41,780 bases of DNA from an uncultured Actinomyces sp. Its GTDB lineage: Bacteria; Actinomycetota; Actinomycetes; S36-B12. The notes under the pieces are model-generated. The model did not search any database. It saw only the letters and a program-made list of their open reading frames with translations, and was not told the DNA's origin. Positions 9,670-20,070 of the stretch are shown in pieces. A program made the position numbers and the translations under genes. Position 1 is the first letter of the stretch; the number at the start of each line of letters is the position of its first letter. The stretch is from assembly GCA_964560615.1 (NCBI GenBank), contig CAZLMT010000004.1:4673-46452 (forward strand), in the 5' to 3' direction.

Positions 9670-10050
9670 ATGGCACGTCTGGTAGGCGTCGACCTGCCCC
9701 GCGAAAAGCGGATGGCCGTCGCGCTGACATACATCTACGGGGTCGGCCGCTCGCGCGCCGCCGAGGCGCTGGCAGACACCGGCATCAGCCCCGACCTGAG
9801 GGCTCGCGACCTCACCGACGACCAGGTCATCGCCCTGCGCGACTGGATCGAGGCCAACCTGCGCGTCGAGGGCGACCTCCGACGCGAGGTGGCCGCCGAT
9901 ATCCGCCGCAAGGTCGAGATCGGGTGCTACCAGGGCGTCCGCCACCGCCGGGGACTTCCCGTGCATGGCCAGCGCACCCACACCAATGCCCGCACCCGCA
10001 AGGGTCCCCGCAAGACCGTCGCCGGCAAGAAGAAGGCCGGCAAGAAGTAG
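9670..10050 (+). CDS. rpsM: 30S ribosomal protein S13
   Basis: An ATG at 9670 gives [30 protein letters not shown]..., 126 aa. The track ORF starting at 9391 is an artefactual extension across rpmJ. Confidence 0.93.
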   Translation: MARLVGVDLPREKRMAVALTYIYGVGRSRAAEALADTGISPDLRARDLTDDQVIALRDWIEANLRVEGDLRREVAADIRRKVEIGCYQGVRHRRGLPVHGQRTHTNARTRKGPRKTVAGKKKAGKK

Positions 10051-10116
10051 TCCGCGGGTCTGCGCTTCCGGTGATCGCCGGAGACCAGCGGACCGATGAC
10101 CTCAGGAGTAAAGCGA

Positions 10117-10524
10117 ATGCCCCCCAAGACCGGAGCAAAGCCGGGCGCCAAAAAGGTGCGCCGCAAGGAAAAGAAGAACATCGCCCATGGACAGGCTCAC
10201 ATCAAGAGCACGTTCAACAACACCATCGTCTCCATCACCGACCCCAGTGGTGCCGTGATCGCCTGGTCCAGCTCGGGCCAGGTCGGCTTCAAGGGCAGCC
10301 GCAAGTCGACGCCGTTCGCGGCTCAGCTTGCCGCCGAGTCTGCCGCTCGCCGCGCCATGGAGCACGGCATGCGCAAGGTCGATGTGTTCGTCAAGGGTCC
10401 CGGCTCCGGCCGTGAGACCGCCATCCGCTCCCTCCAGGCCACCGGCCTCGAGGTGGGCTCGATTCAAGACGTCACCCCGGTCCCCTTCAACGGGTGCCGC
10501 CCTCCCAAGCGCCGCCGCGTCTGA
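10117..10524 (+). CDS. rpsK: 30S ribosomal protein S11
   Basis: ATG 10117 is preceded by AGGAG at 10104-10108. The product is [42 protein letters not shown]..., 135 aa. The track start at 10096 is also possible. Confidence 0.9.
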   Translation: MPPKTGAKPGAKKVRRKEKKNIAHGQAHIKSTFNNTIVSITDPSGAVIAWSSSGQVGFKGSRKSTPFAAQLAAESAARRAMEHGMRKVDVFVKGPGSGRETAIRSLQATGLEVGSIQDVTPVPFNGCRPPKRRRV

Positions 10525-10544
10525 GAATGGAGAACTGACACACC

Positions 10545-11171
10545 ATGGCTCGTTACACCGACGCGGACTGCAAGCGCTGCCGACGCGAGAAGACCAAGCT
10601 CTTCCTCAAGGGCTCTAAGTGCGAATCCCCGAAGTGTCCCTTCGAGAAGCGCCCCTACCCGCCCGGCCAGCACGGCCGCGGCCGCTCGAAGGACAGCGAG
10701 TACCTGCTGCAGTTGCGTGAGAAGCAGAAGGCGACCCGCATCTACGGCGTGCTCGAGAAGCAGTTCCGCAACTACTACGAGGAAGCGCAGCGTCGCTCCG
10801 GCAAGACCGGCGACAACCTCATGCGGATTCTGGAGTCACGTCTTGACAACGTCGTCTACCGCGCGGGCTTCGCCAAGTCCCGTGACATGGCGCGCCAGCT
10901 CGTGTCCCACGGCCACTTCACGGTCAATGGCCACAAGGTCGACATCCCGTCGTACCGCGTGCAGGCCAACGACATCATCGAGGTGCGCCCCGGCTCACGC
11001 GAGATGACGCCCTTCGTGGTCGCACACGCTGAGATCGGCGAGCGTCCGGTGCCGGCCTGGCTCGAGGTCATCCCGTCGCAGATGCGGATCCTCGTCCACT
11101 CGCTGCCGTCACGCCAGGTCATCGATACCCCGGTCCAGGAGCAGCTCATCGTCGAGCTCTACTCCAAGTAG
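10545..11171 (+). CDS. rpsD: 30S ribosomal protein S4
   Basis: 208-aa ORF starting [44 protein letters not shown]..., with an S4 RNA-binding domain. Confidence 0.96.
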   Translation: MARYTDADCKRCRREKTKLFLKGSKCESPKCPFEKRPYPPGQHGRGRSKDSEYLLQLREKQKATRIYGVLEKQFRNYYEEAQRRSGKTGDNLMRILESRLDNVVYRAGFAKSRDMARQLVSHGHFTVNGHKVDIPSYRVQANDIIEVRPGSREMTPFVVAHAEIGERPVPAWLEVIPSQMRILVHSLPSRQVIDTPVQEQLIVELYSK

Positions 11172-11228
11172 TCGCTCTCTTCCCCCAAACCCGACGTCAT
11201 ATAGCGGTCGTCGCCGAAAGGAAACCAC

Positions 11229-12254
11229 GTGCTCATCACGCAGCGCCCCATCCTCACCGAGGAGCCCATTAGCGAGTTCCGTTCTCGCTTCGTCCTCGAG
11301 CCCCTCGAGCCGGGATTTGGGTACACCCTGGGCAACTCCATGCGCCGCACACTGCTCTCCTCGATTCCGGGTGCCGCCGTCACGAGCATCCGCATCGATG
11401 GCGTGCTTCACGAGTTCACCACCATCCCGGGCGTCAAAGAGGACGTCACCGAGCTGATCCTCAATATCAAGCAGCTCGTGGTGTCCTCCGATCATGACGA
11501 GCCTGTCGTGATGTACCTGCGCAAGCAGGGCCCGGGCGCGGTCGTGGCAGCGGACATCGCCCCACCGGCGGGCGTCGAGGTCCACAATCCCGACCTCCAC
11601 ATCGCCACGCTCAACGACAAGGGCAAGCTCGAGATGGAGCTCGTCGTCGAGCGCGGCCGTGGCTACGTCTCGGCGACGCTCAACAAGCAGCCCGGCCAGG
11701 AGATCGGTCGCATTCCGGTTGACTCGATCTACTCGCCGGTGCTCAAGGTCACCTACAAGGTTGAGGCGACCCGCGTCGAGCAGCGCACGGACTTCGACAA
11801 GCTGGTGCTCGATGTCGAGACCAAGCAGAGCATGCTGCCCCGCGACGCCGTCGCGTCGGCCGGCAAGACCCTCGTGGAGCTCTTCGGACTGGCGCGCGAA
11901 CTCAATGTCGACGCCGAGGGCATCGACATTGGTCCCTCGCCCGCAGACGCCTTCGTCGCCGAGCAGTTGTCGACGCCGATCGAGCAGCTGGATCTCACGG
12001 TCCGCTCCTACAACTGCCTGAAGCGCGAAGGTATCCACACGGTAGGTGAGCTCATCGGTCGCAGCGAGGCCGACCTCCTCGACATCCGCAACTTCGGCGC
12101 CAAGTCGATCGACGAGGTCAAGGTCAAGCTCGTGACCCTGGGCCTCGCCCTCAAGGACAGCCCTCCCGGCTTCGACCCCGGTGCCGCCGTCTACTTCAGC
12201 GATGAGGATGACGATGACGACGACCTCGGCTACGTCGAGGACGAGCAGCTCTAA
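11229..12254 (+). CDS. rpoA: DNA-directed RNA polymerase subunit alpha
   Basis: 341-aa ORF with a GTG start. Contains ...[43 protein letters not shown]... and, in the CTD, ...[23 protein letters not shown].... It ends in an acidic tail, [18 protein letters not shown]. Confidence 0.96.
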   Translation: MLITQRPILTEEPISEFRSRFVLEPLEPGFGYTLGNSMRRTLLSSIPGAAVTSIRIDGVLHEFTTIPGVKEDVTELILNIKQLVVSSDHDEPVVMYLRKQGPGAVVAADIAPPAGVEVHNPDLHIATLNDKGKLEMELVVERGRGYVSATLNKQPGQEIGRIPVDSIYSPVLKVTYKVEATRVEQRTDFDKLVLDVETKQSMLPRDAVASAGKTLVELFGLARELNVDAEGIDIGPSPADAFVAEQLSTPIEQLDLTVRSYNCLKREGIHTVGELIGRSEADLLDIRNFGAKSIDEVKVKLVTLGLALKDSPPGFDPGAAVYFSDEDDDDDDLGYVEDEQL

Positions 12255-12286
12255 CCGATCAGCCACCCGCGACAAGGAGTAATGAC

Positions 12287-12901
12287 ATGCCTACCCCAAC
12301 CAAGGGTCCCCGCCTGGGTGGCGGACCGGCGCATGAGCGCCTGATGATGGCCAACCTGGCCACCGCGCTCTTTGAGCACGGCCGCATCACCACCACGGAG
12401 GCCAAGGCCAAGCGTCTGCGCCCCTTGGCGGAGCGCCTCATCACCTTCGCGAAGCGCGGCGACCTCGCTGCGCGACGGAGGGTGCTCACCGTGGTGCGCG
12501 ACAAGGACGTCGTCCACGTGCTCTTCACCGAGATCGGTCCGCGTTACCAGACCCGTCAGGGTGGCTACACCCGCATCGTCAAGGTGGGACCCCGCAAGGG
12601 TGACAACGCGCCCATGGCTGTGATCGAGCTGGTCGAGCCTCTCGCGGAGCAGGTCGTCGCCGAGGCCACGGGTGCGACGAAGCGCGCCGCCAAGGAGAAG
12701 GCTGCGGCCAAGCCTGCTGCCGCAGCGGCTCCCGCCGCGGAGGCTGCCGCGGAGACCGCTGCCGATGAGTCCGTCGAGGTCGTCGCCGAGGCCACCGAGG
12801 TCGTGCCCGAGGCTGACGGAGACGAGGCCATCGAGGCTGTTGCGGAGGACGTCGTCGAAGCTCCTGACGATGCTGCTCCCGCTGAAGACGACAAGGCCTG
12901 A
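12287..12901 (+). CDS. rplQ: 50S ribosomal protein L17 with an 87-aa Ala/acidic C-terminal extension
   Basis: 204-aa ORF starting [46 protein letters not shown].... The L17 core ends near residue 117. Confidence 0.95.
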   Translation: MPTPTKGPRLGGGPAHERLMMANLATALFEHGRITTTEAKAKRLRPLAERLITFAKRGDLAARRRVLTVVRDKDVVHVLFTEIGPRYQTRQGGYTRIVKVGPRKGDNAPMAVIELVEPLAEQVVAEATGATKRAAKEKAAAKPAAAAAPAAEAAAETAADESVEVVAEATEVVPEADGDEAIEAVAEDVVEAPDDAAPAEDDKA

Positions 12902-12984
12902 CGCGCCGACACGATTGACGTAACTCGGGAAGCGTCAGACTTCGCCCCTCGTGGCGGTCTGGCGCTTCCTGCTGTGGAGGGGTC

Positions 12985-13791
12985 ATGATCCGGTTGCGAC
13001 TGGACCTTGCCTACGACGGGACTGATTTCTCCGGGTGGGCACGCCAGCCCGGCTTGCGCACGGTTCAGGGTGTCGTCGAAGAAGCGCTCGCACGCGCGCT
13101 GCGGCTTCCCGAGCCTCCGGCCGTCACCTGCGCCGGGCGCACCGATGCCGGCGTACACGCCCGCGGGCAGGTGGCACACGTCGACCTCGACGCATCGGCG
13201 AGCCCGGACCTGGAGGCGCTGGCGCGGAGCATGCGCGGACTCCTGCCGGACGATGTCTCGATCCTCTCCGTCGCGGTCGCACCGGAGGGTTTCGACGCGC
13301 GTTTCTCCGCCCTTTCCCGGCGCTACCGCTATGTGGTCTGCGATGACCATCGGGTGTGGGACCCACTGCGTCGCCGGGAGATCGTGCGGTATTCGCGAGC
13401 CCTGGACCTCGCCGCCATGACGTCCGCGGCGGCACCGCTGCTGGGAGAACGAGACTTCGCAGCCGTGTGCCGTCCGCGCGAAGGCGGCACGACCATTCGC
13501 ACGCTGTTGGCGCTGGAATGGGCTCGCGGAGCCTCGGGGCTTGCGGAGATGCAGGTGAGCGCGGATGCCTTCTGCCATTCCATGGTGCGGGCTCTCGTTG
13601 GCCTGCTCGTGCCAGTCGGTGACGGGCGACGGCCGGTGGCCTGGCCCGCCGAGGTGGTCGCCCTCGGAGTCCGAGACTCCGGAGTGCAGGTGATGCCGGC
13701 TCATGGACTCGTCCTCGAGGAAGTGCGCTACCCGGATGACAAGGAACTCGCCGCGCGGCAGGCGGTCACGCGATCCATGCGCGGTGGTTGA
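12985..13791 (+). CDS. truA: tRNA pseudouridine(38-40) synthase TruA
   Basis: 268-aa ORF starting MIRLRLDLAYDGTDFSGWARQPG...CAGRTDAGVHARGQVAHVDL (catalytic Asp motif). Conserved position after rplQ. Confidence 0.93.
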   Translation: MIRLRLDLAYDGTDFSGWARQPGLRTVQGVVEEALARALRLPEPPAVTCAGRTDAGVHARGQVAHVDLDASASPDLEALARSMRGLLPDDVSILSVAVAPEGFDARFSALSRRYRYVVCDDHRVWDPLRRREIVRYSRALDLAAMTSAAAPLLGERDFAAVCRPREGGTTIRTLLALEWARGASGLAEMQVSADAFCHSMVRALVGLLVPVGDGRRPVAWPAEVVALGVRDSGVQVMPAHGLVLEEVRYPDDKELAARQAVTRSMRGG

Positions 13792-13797
13792 TCCGTC

Positions 13798-15456
13798 ATG
13801 GGGCATATCGACGTTCAGCACGTGACCTACTCACTCCCCGACGGGCGCGTGCTGCTCGACGATGTGAGCTTCCGCATCGGTGACGGCGTCAAGGCCGCGC
13901 TCGTCGGCGCCAATGGCGCGGGCAAGACCACCCTGATGCACCTCATCGCCGGTGATATTGAGGCCGAGTCGGGGAGCATTGTCACGACCGGAGGCATGGG
14001 CGTCATGCGCCAGTTCATCGGGCAGGGACGCGAGGGCACCGTGCGGGACCTCCTCCTATCGGTGTCTCCTTCCGGGCTACGAACTGCGGCGGCCGAGGTC
14101 GACGCCTGCGAAGAGCTCCTCATGTCCACGGAAGACGCCGACACCCAGATGCGCTACGCGCAGGCGCTGGCGGACTTCGCCGATGCGGGCGGATACGACG
14201 CGGAGGTCGCTTGGGATGTGTGTTGCACGGCAGCCCTCGGAGCGGCATACGACGAGGTGAAGTGGCGTCAGGTGGACACACTCTCCGGAGGAGAGCAGAA
14301 GCGACTGGTGCTCGAAGCGCTGCTGCGCGGGCCCGATGAGGTGCTGCTCCTCGACGAGCCTGACAACTACCTTGACGTGCCTGGCAAGACCTGGCTCGAG
14401 GAGCGCATCGCGGCGAGCCCCAAGACGATCCTTCTCATTAGTCACGATCGCGAGCTGCTGCGTGCGTGCGCGACGACGGTCGTCACTGTCGAACTCGGGG
14501 CGGCGGGCAACTCCGCGTGGGTCCATGGTGGGGGGTTCGGCACATATGCCGACGCTCGTGACGACCGCATGAGCCGATTGGCGGAGCTGCATCGTCGCTG
14601 GGATGAGCAGCACCAGAAGCTCAAGGATCTCGTGCAGATGCTCAAGACGAAGGCGGCGTACAACGACGGCCTTGCGTCGAGATACCAGGCTGCTCAGACG
14701 CGGCTGAGGATGTTCGAGGAGGCGGGCCCACCGCAGGCCATCCCCGTGCGCCAGCGCATGCGCATGCGGCTGGAGGGCGGCCGCACGGCGAAGCGCGCCG
14801 TGGTCTGCGAGAGCCTCGAACTCACTGATCTCACGCAGCCCTTCGATCTCGAGGTGTGGTTCGGTGAGCGCGTCGGCGTGCTCGGGCGCAATGGTGCGGG
14901 CAAGTCGCACCTGCTCAGGCTGCTCGCTGCGGGCGGTAGCGATCCCGACGTCGAGCATCAACCCGTGTCCGACGTACCCATTGCCCCGGTCCGTCATGAG
15001 GGCATCGCTCGACTTGGCTCACGTGTGCGTCCCGGATGGTTCGCCCAGACCCACGTGCGACCCGATCTTGAGGATCGGACTCTCCTGGAGATCCTCCACC
15101 GCGGTGACGGTCATCGAGACGGCATGGGTCGGGAGCAGGCAGCACGGGCCCTCGACCGGTATGGACTCGCTGCCGCGGGGGAGCAGCGCTTCGCCTCCCT
15201 GTCGGGTGGGCAGCAAGCCCGATTCCAGATTCTGCTGCTGGAGCTCTCCGGGGCCACGCTGCTCCTCCTCGATGAGCCCACCGACAACCTGGACCTCGAG
15301 AGTGCCGAGGCCCTCGAGGGTGCCCTCGACGCGTTCACCGGGACGGTCCTAGCGGTGACCCACGACCGGTGGTTTGCCCGGGGCCTCGACCGCTTCGTGG
15401 TCGTGGGGGCCGACGGCGTGGTGAGGGAGTCGGCGGAGCCGCTCTGGTCCGCCTAG
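13798..15456 (+). CDS. ABC-F family ATPase (two nucleotide-binding domains, no transmembrane domain); probable ribosome-associated factor
   Basis: 552-aa ORF. NBD1 has GANGAGKTT, LSGGEQKRL and LLLDEPDNYLD. NBD2 has GRNGAGKSH, LSGGQQARF and LLLDEPTDNLD. A helical linker of about 65 aa (RLAELHRRWDEQHQKLKDLVQMLK...) separates them. Confidence 0.9.
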   Translation: MGHIDVQHVTYSLPDGRVLLDDVSFRIGDGVKAALVGANGAGKTTLMHLIAGDIEAESGSIVTTGGMGVMRQFIGQGREGTVRDLLLSVSPSGLRTAAAEVDACEELLMSTEDADTQMRYAQALADFADAGGYDAEVAWDVCCTAALGAAYDEVKWRQVDTLSGGEQKRLVLEALLRGPDEVLLLDEPDNYLDVPGKTWLEERIAASPKTILLISHDRELLRACATTVVTVELGAAGNSAWVHGGGFGTYADARDDRMSRLAELHRRWDEQHQKLKDLVQMLKTKAAYNDGLASRYQAAQTRLRMFEEAGPPQAIPVRQRMRMRLEGGRTAKRAVVCESLELTDLTQPFDLEVWFGERVGVLGRNGAGKSHLLRLLAAGGSDPDVEHQPVSDVPIAPVRHEGIARLGSRVRPGWFAQTHVRPDLEDRTLLEILHRGDGHRDGMGREQAARALDRYGLAAAGEQRFASLSGGQQARFQILLLELSGATLLLLDEPTDNLDLESAEALEGALDAFTGTVLAVTHDRWFARGLDRFVVVGADGVVRESAEPLWSA

Positions 15457-15474
15457 GGCTGCCGAGGACCCGTT

Positions 15475-15504
15475 TTGACCGCTTCCTGGGCACCCCGGTA
15501 GCCT
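15475..15504 (+). promoter_or_regulatory. Candidate sigma-A-type promoter for rplM-rpsI-glmM (TTGACC-N18-TAGCCT)
   Basis: Read directly: -35 TTGACC at 15475-15480 and -10 TAGCCT at 15499-15504. This is a pattern match only. Confidence 0.3.
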
Positions 15505-15578
15505 TGGCGGTCGTTGTGCCCGCCCCCGGGCCCAGCCGGGTTGCCCTCCGGGCATCCCCTGAGTGAGCGAAGGTCCAC

Positions 15579-16022
15579 GTGCGTACGTACACCCCCAAGC
15601 CGGGCGAGATCACCCGCGAGTGGCTCGTCATCGATGCCACAGACGTCGTGCTCGGTCGTCTGGCTAGCCAGGTCGCCACCCTGCTGCGGGGCAAGCACAA
15701 GCCTGTCTTCGCTCCCCATGTCGACACGGGCGATTTCGTCATCGTCATCAACGCCGACAAGGTCGCCCTCACGGGCAGCAAGCTCGAGCAGAAGCGCGAC
15801 TACCGTCACTCGGGTTACCCCGGCGGTCTGTCGGCGAAGACCTACTCCGAGCTCATGGTGGACAACCCTCGCCGCGCTATCGAGAAGGCGGTCAAGGGGA
15901 TGCTCCCGCACAACAAGCTCGGACGGCAGCAGTTGAGCAAGCTCAAGGTGTACGCCGGGCCCGATCATCCGCACGCCGCACAAAAGCCCACTCCGTACAC
16001 CATCACGCAGATCGCGCAGTAG
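15579..16022 (+). CDS. rplM: 50S ribosomal protein L13
   Basis: 147-aa ORF with a GTG start: [42 protein letters not shown].... Confidence 0.95.
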   Translation: MRTYTPKPGEITREWLVIDATDVVLGRLASQVATLLRGKHKPVFAPHVDTGDFVIVINADKVALTGSKLEQKRDYRHSGYPGGLSAKTYSELMVDNPRRAIEKAVKGMLPHNKLGRQQLSKLKVYAGPDHPHAAQKPTPYTITQIAQ

Positions 16023-16054
16023 CGATCACCGCGCAGTCTGCGAAAGGAAAAGAC

Positions 16055-16546
<492 letters not shown>

Positions 16547-16556
16547 TCGGAGCGCC

Positions 16557-17918
16557 GTGAGCGGTCGCCTCTTTGGCACCGATGGAGTGCGGGGACTCGC
16601 CAACCGCGACCTCACCGCCGAGCTCGCCCTGTCGCTCTCTGCTGCGGCCGCCCATGTGCTGGGCGACGCGGGGGCGCTAGCGGTCGACGGCGGGCGACCC
16701 ACGGCCGTCGTCGGGCGCGATCCGCGCGCGAGTGGCGAATTCCTCGAAGCCGCGGTCGTGGCAGGCCTCGCCAGCGCGGGGGTCGACGTACTCCTCGCCG
16801 GCGTGCTTCCCACTCCGGCTATTGCCTACCTCACGGAGCGCTGCGGAGCGAGCCTCGGTGTGATGTTGTCGGCATCGCACAACTCGATGCCGGACAACGG
16901 CATCAAGTTCTTCGATGCCCATGGATTCAAGTTGCCGGATGCCATCGAGGACGCCATCGAATCCAGGCTTCATGAACCCTGGGATCGCCCCCTGGGCGGT
17001 GCTGTGGGGCGAGTCCACTCGCTGCCGTCGGCCGCGCAGGACTATCTCGACCACGTGCTCGACGTCGTGCGGACGCCCCTCAAGGGATTGTCCGTCGTGG
17101 TCGACTGCGCCAACGGCGCGGCATCGACCGTGTCCCCCGAGGCGATGCGCCGAGCCGGTGCCCATGTGGTGGCAATCCATGCCTCGCCGGACGGCCTGAA
17201 CATCAACGAGGGCTGTGGGAGCACGCACCTGGACGATCTCATCGCCGCGGTGCTCGAGCACGGAGCTGACATCGGCATCGCCCACGACGGCGATGCCGAC
17301 CGGTGCCTCGCGATAGATGCCGACGGCAACGTCGTCGATGGCGACCAGATCCTGGCGATCCTTGCCCTGGGAATGCGTGATCGCGGCACGCTCGCACGCG
17401 ACACGGTGGTCGCCACGGTGATGTCCAACCTGGGCTTCCGGATCGCCATGGAGGAGCACGGCATCAACGTGATGACGACCGCTTTCGGCGATCGCTACGT
17501 GCTCGAAGAGATGCGCGCGCAGGGGTATGCCCTGGGTGGTGAGCAGAGTGGACATGTCGTGGTGCTCGACCGGGCGACGACAGGTGACGGCGTACTCACG
17601 GCTCTCGCGCTCCTGGACCGCATGGCGGAGACGGGTTCGAGTCTCAAGGACCTCGCCGCGGTGATGACGCGCCTGCCGCAGGTCCTCATCAACGTCGCGG
17701 GGGTTGACAGGTCGCGCCTCGCGGAGAGCGCTGAGGTCACGGCCGTCGTCGAAACGGTCGAGCGCGAGCTCGGCAATGCAGGCCGTGTGTTGCTTCGGCC
17801 CTCGGGCACGGAGCCGCTGGTGAGGGTCATGGTCGAGGCGCCCACTGCCGAGGCCGCACGCGATGCGGCGGAGGCAATCGCTGCAGCCGTGCGTGCCTCG
17901 CTATCGATCACTGCCTAG
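16557..17918 (+). CDS. glmM: Phosphoglucosamine mutase
   Basis: A GTG at 16557 gives [20 protein letters not shown].... Contains ...[19 protein letters not shown] (active-site Ser) and ...AHDGDADR.... 453 aa. The track start at 16413 overlaps rpsI and is an artefact. Confidence 0.93.
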   Translation: MSGRLFGTDGVRGLANRDLTAELALSLSAAAAHVLGDAGALAVDGGRPTAVVGRDPRASGEFLEAAVVAGLASAGVDVLLAGVLPTPAIAYLTERCGASLGVMLSASHNSMPDNGIKFFDAHGFKLPDAIEDAIESRLHEPWDRPLGGAVGRVHSLPSAAQDYLDHVLDVVRTPLKGLSVVVDCANGAASTVSPEAMRRAGAHVVAIHASPDGLNINEGCGSTHLDDLIAAVLEHGADIGIAHDGDADRCLAIDADGNVVDGDQILAILALGMRDRGTLARDTVVATVMSNLGFRIAMEEHGINVMTTAFGDRYVLEEMRAQGYALGGEQSGHVVVLDRATTGDGVLTALALLDRMAETGSSLKDLAAVMTRLPQVLINVAGVDRSRLAESAEVTAVVETVERELGNAGRVLLRPSGTEPLVRVMVEAPTAEAARDAAEAIAAAVRASLSITA

Positions 17919-18052
17919 GTCTCTTTGTTCGTGGGGGCTACGAGGTCGGGGCGATGTCCCCGTAGGACGTCATTCGACGCGCCCTGTGGATGACGCACCT
18001 GCTGGCAAGGTTGCCAGCGTGAATTGTGAGCCGCTGTGGATGAACTCAATTG

Positions 18053-18080
18053 CCTCAGGCCTTAAGCCTTAAGCCTGAGG
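18053..18080. other. Near-perfect palindrome / hairpin CCTCAGGC-cttaagccttaa-GCCTGAGG, containing a GCCTTAA tandem; possible U-tail-less terminator or binding site
   Basis: Read directly: 18053-18060 is the reverse complement of 18073-18080, and additional A-T pairs extend the stem. It lies 135 nt after the glmM stop and no T-run follows. Confidence 0.5.
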
Positions 18081-18203
18081 TGTCATCTCACTGAAGGCCA
18101 TTGCCCCTACTTCGCCCCCACGCTACGCGGGGGGACCGACACCTGAGCCCCGCCTGAGAGCGGCAGCCCGACTCCACCACCGGGGCCGCGTACCCTGGAG
18201 CCC

Positions 18204-20054
18204 ATGTGCGGCATCGTGGGCTACGTCGGTGAGAAGCAGGCACTGGAGGTAGTCGTCGAGGGCCTGCGGCGCCTGGAGTATCGCGGCTACGACTCTGCGG
18301 GGGTGGCTGTCGTCACGGGCGATCGCCTCGATGTGCGCAAGAAGGCCGGCAAGCTGGCCAATCTCGAGTCCCTGCTGGGCGAGGATCCGCTCGAGGCGGC
18401 CACCATCGGCATTGGCCACACGCGCTGGGCCACGCACGGGGGTCCCACGGATGCCAACGCCCATCCGCACGTGAGCGAGGACGGCACCGTGGCCGTCATC
18501 CATAACGGCATCATCGAGAACTTCGCTGAGCTCCGGGATGAGCTCACCGCCGCCGGCGTCGTGCTCACGTCGGAGACCGATACCGAGGTCGTGGCCCACC
18601 TCCTCGCTGCCGAGCTCCCGCGCTGCGGAGGTGACCTGGCCGAAGCCATGCGTCGCACGTGCAGGCAACTTGAGGGCGCCTTCACGCTGGTCGCTGTCGT
18701 GGCCGATGACGTCGACGTCGTCGTAGCAGCACGACGCAACTCCCCGCTCGTCGTCGGCATAGGTCAGGGGGAGAACTTCCTCGCCTCCGATGTCGCCGCC
18801 TTCGTCTCCCACACGCGCGAGGCACTCGAGCTCGGCCAGGACCAGGTCGTGCAGATATCGAGAGATGCCGTGGTGATCACCGACTTCGACGGTCAGACGG
18901 TGGAGGCGAAGCCCTTCACCGTCACCTGGGACGCCGCCGCCGCCGAGAAGGGTGGCTACGACCTCTTCATGCTCAAGGAGATCGCCGAGCAGCCCAAGGC
19001 GGTCGCCGACTCCCTGCGCGGCCGAGTGGCACGCGATGGGCGTCTGCACCTCGACGAGATGCGCCTCACCGATGCCGAGCTCCGCGAGATCGACAAGATC
19101 GTGGTCGTCGCCTGTGGCACGGCGTACCACGCTGGCCTCGTCGCGAAGTACGCCATCGAGCACTGGACGCGCATCCCCGTCGATGTCGAGCTTGCCAGCG
19201 AGTTTCGCTATCGGGACCCCATCGTCGATGGGCGCACGCTGACTATCGCCATCTCCCAGTCGGGCGAGACGATGGACACGCTCATGGCCCTGCGCTACGC
19301 GCGCGAGCAGGGGTCGAAGGCGCTCGCCATCTGCAACACCGTCGGGTCGACTATTCCGCGTGAGTGCGACGCGGTCCTCTATACCTACGCCGGCCCCGAG
19401 ATCGCGGTCGCGTCCACGAAGGCCTTCCTCACGCAGATCGTCGCCGCGTATCTCGTGGGCCTCTACCTCGCGCAGGTTCGCGGCAACATGTTCGGCGACG
19501 AGATCCGCAACGTGCTTACCGATCTCAGTGACATGCCCCAGGCGGTGGATCTCACCCTCGACACCAGCGAGGGAGTCCAGGCGCTCGCTCGCGAGCTCGC
19601 CAACGCGACCTCGGTGCTCTTCATCGGCCGCCACGTCGGCTATCCCGTCGCCCTGGAGGGCGCACTCAAGCTCAAGGAGCTCGCCTACATGCATGCCGAG
19701 GGCTTCGCTGCGGGCGAGCTCAAGCACGGTCCGATCGCCCTCATCGAGGAGGGCGTGCCCGTGGTGTGCATCGTGCCGTCACCGCGCGGCCGCGCGTCGC
19801 TGCACGGCAAGATCATCTCCAATATCCAGGAGGTGCGCGCTCGTGGTGCTCGCACGATCGTCATCGCGGAGGAGGGCGACGAGTCGGTGACCCCCTACGC
19901 CGATGTGATCTTCCGGGTCCCGGCAGTTCCTACGCTCATGCAGCCGCTCGTCTCGACGGTGCCCCTGCAGGTCTTCGCGTGCGCGATGGCCACGGTGAAG
20001 GGCCACGACGTCGACCAACCGCGCAACCTCGCCAAGTCCGTCACCGTCGAATAG
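18204..20054 (+). CDS. glmS: Glutamine--fructose-6-phosphate aminotransferase (isomerizing)
   Basis: 616-aa ORF starting MCGIVGYVGEKQALEVVVEGLRRLEYRGYDSAG (N-terminal nucleophile Cys2). It has two SIS domains and the C-terminus ...NLAKSVTVE. Confidence 0.97.
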   Translation: MCGIVGYVGEKQALEVVVEGLRRLEYRGYDSAGVAVVTGDRLDVRKKAGKLANLESLLGEDPLEAATIGIGHTRWATHGGPTDANAHPHVSEDGTVAVIHNGIIENFAELRDELTAAGVVLTSETDTEVVAHLLAAELPRCGGDLAEAMRRTCRQLEGAFTLVAVVADDVDVVVAARRNSPLVVGIGQGENFLASDVAAFVSHTREALELGQDQVVQISRDAVVITDFDGQTVEAKPFTVTWDAAAAEKGGYDLFMLKEIAEQPKAVADSLRGRVARDGRLHLDEMRLTDAELREIDKIVVVACGTAYHAGLVAKYAIEHWTRIPVDVELASEFRYRDPIVDGRTLTIAISQSGETMDTLMALRYAREQGSKALAICNTVGSTIPRECDAVLYTYAGPEIAVASTKAFLTQIVAAYLVGLYLAQVRGNMFGDEIRNVLTDLSDMPQAVDLTLDTSEGVQALARELANATSVLFIGRHVGYPVALEGALKLKELAYMHAEGFAAGELKHGPIALIEEGVPVVCIVPSPRGRASLHGKIISNIQEVRARGARTIVIAEEGDESVTPYADVIFRVPAVPTLMQPLVSTVPLQVFACAMATVKGHDVDQPRNLAKSVTVE

Positions 20055-20070
20055 GCGCGAGCGCATCCCC

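Noticed and set aside
9391-10415. Long ORFs 9391-10050 and 9480-10415 spanning the rpmJ-rpsM spacer and rpsK.
   Set aside because: The first is S13 with an artefactual Arg/Pro-rich N-terminal extension; the true start is ATG 9670. The second is an out-of-frame shadow with Arg/Pro/Gly-rich composition.
15446-15476. Possible terminator after the ABC-F gene (GGTCC...GGACC followed by CGTTTT).
   Set aside because: It has only a 5-bp stem, a 15-nt loop and a T4 run. That is too weak to support.
18021-18031. GAATTGTGAGC, identical to the left half of the E. coli lac operator.
   Set aside because: It is a 10-11 nt match with no matching right half-site at the correct spacing. This is most likely coincidence. 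It is retained only as part of the loose inverted repeat noted in the glmM-glmS finding.
17919-18203. Possible glmS ribozyme upstream of glmS.
   Set aside because: The sequence does not resemble the conserved glmS ribozyme core as I remember it from Firmicutes. To my knowledge the ribozyme is not a feature of actinobacterial glmS genes. Only a covariance-model scan could fully exclude it.
18123-19727. 534-aa ORF on the minus strand, opposite glmS.
   Set aside because: It is exactly antisense to an unmistakable glmS CDS. The composition is Arg/Gly/Ala/Asp-rich, typical of shadow ORFs in high-GC DNA, and I recognise no motif. The same reasoning applies to 36723-38297 (opposite glpD), 40080-41588 (opposite choD), 30335-31900 (opposite groEL), 11109-12275 (opposite rpoA), 12565-13821, 33721-34920, 27391-28470, 20647-21636, 14077-14997, 15965-16813 and 16677-17555.
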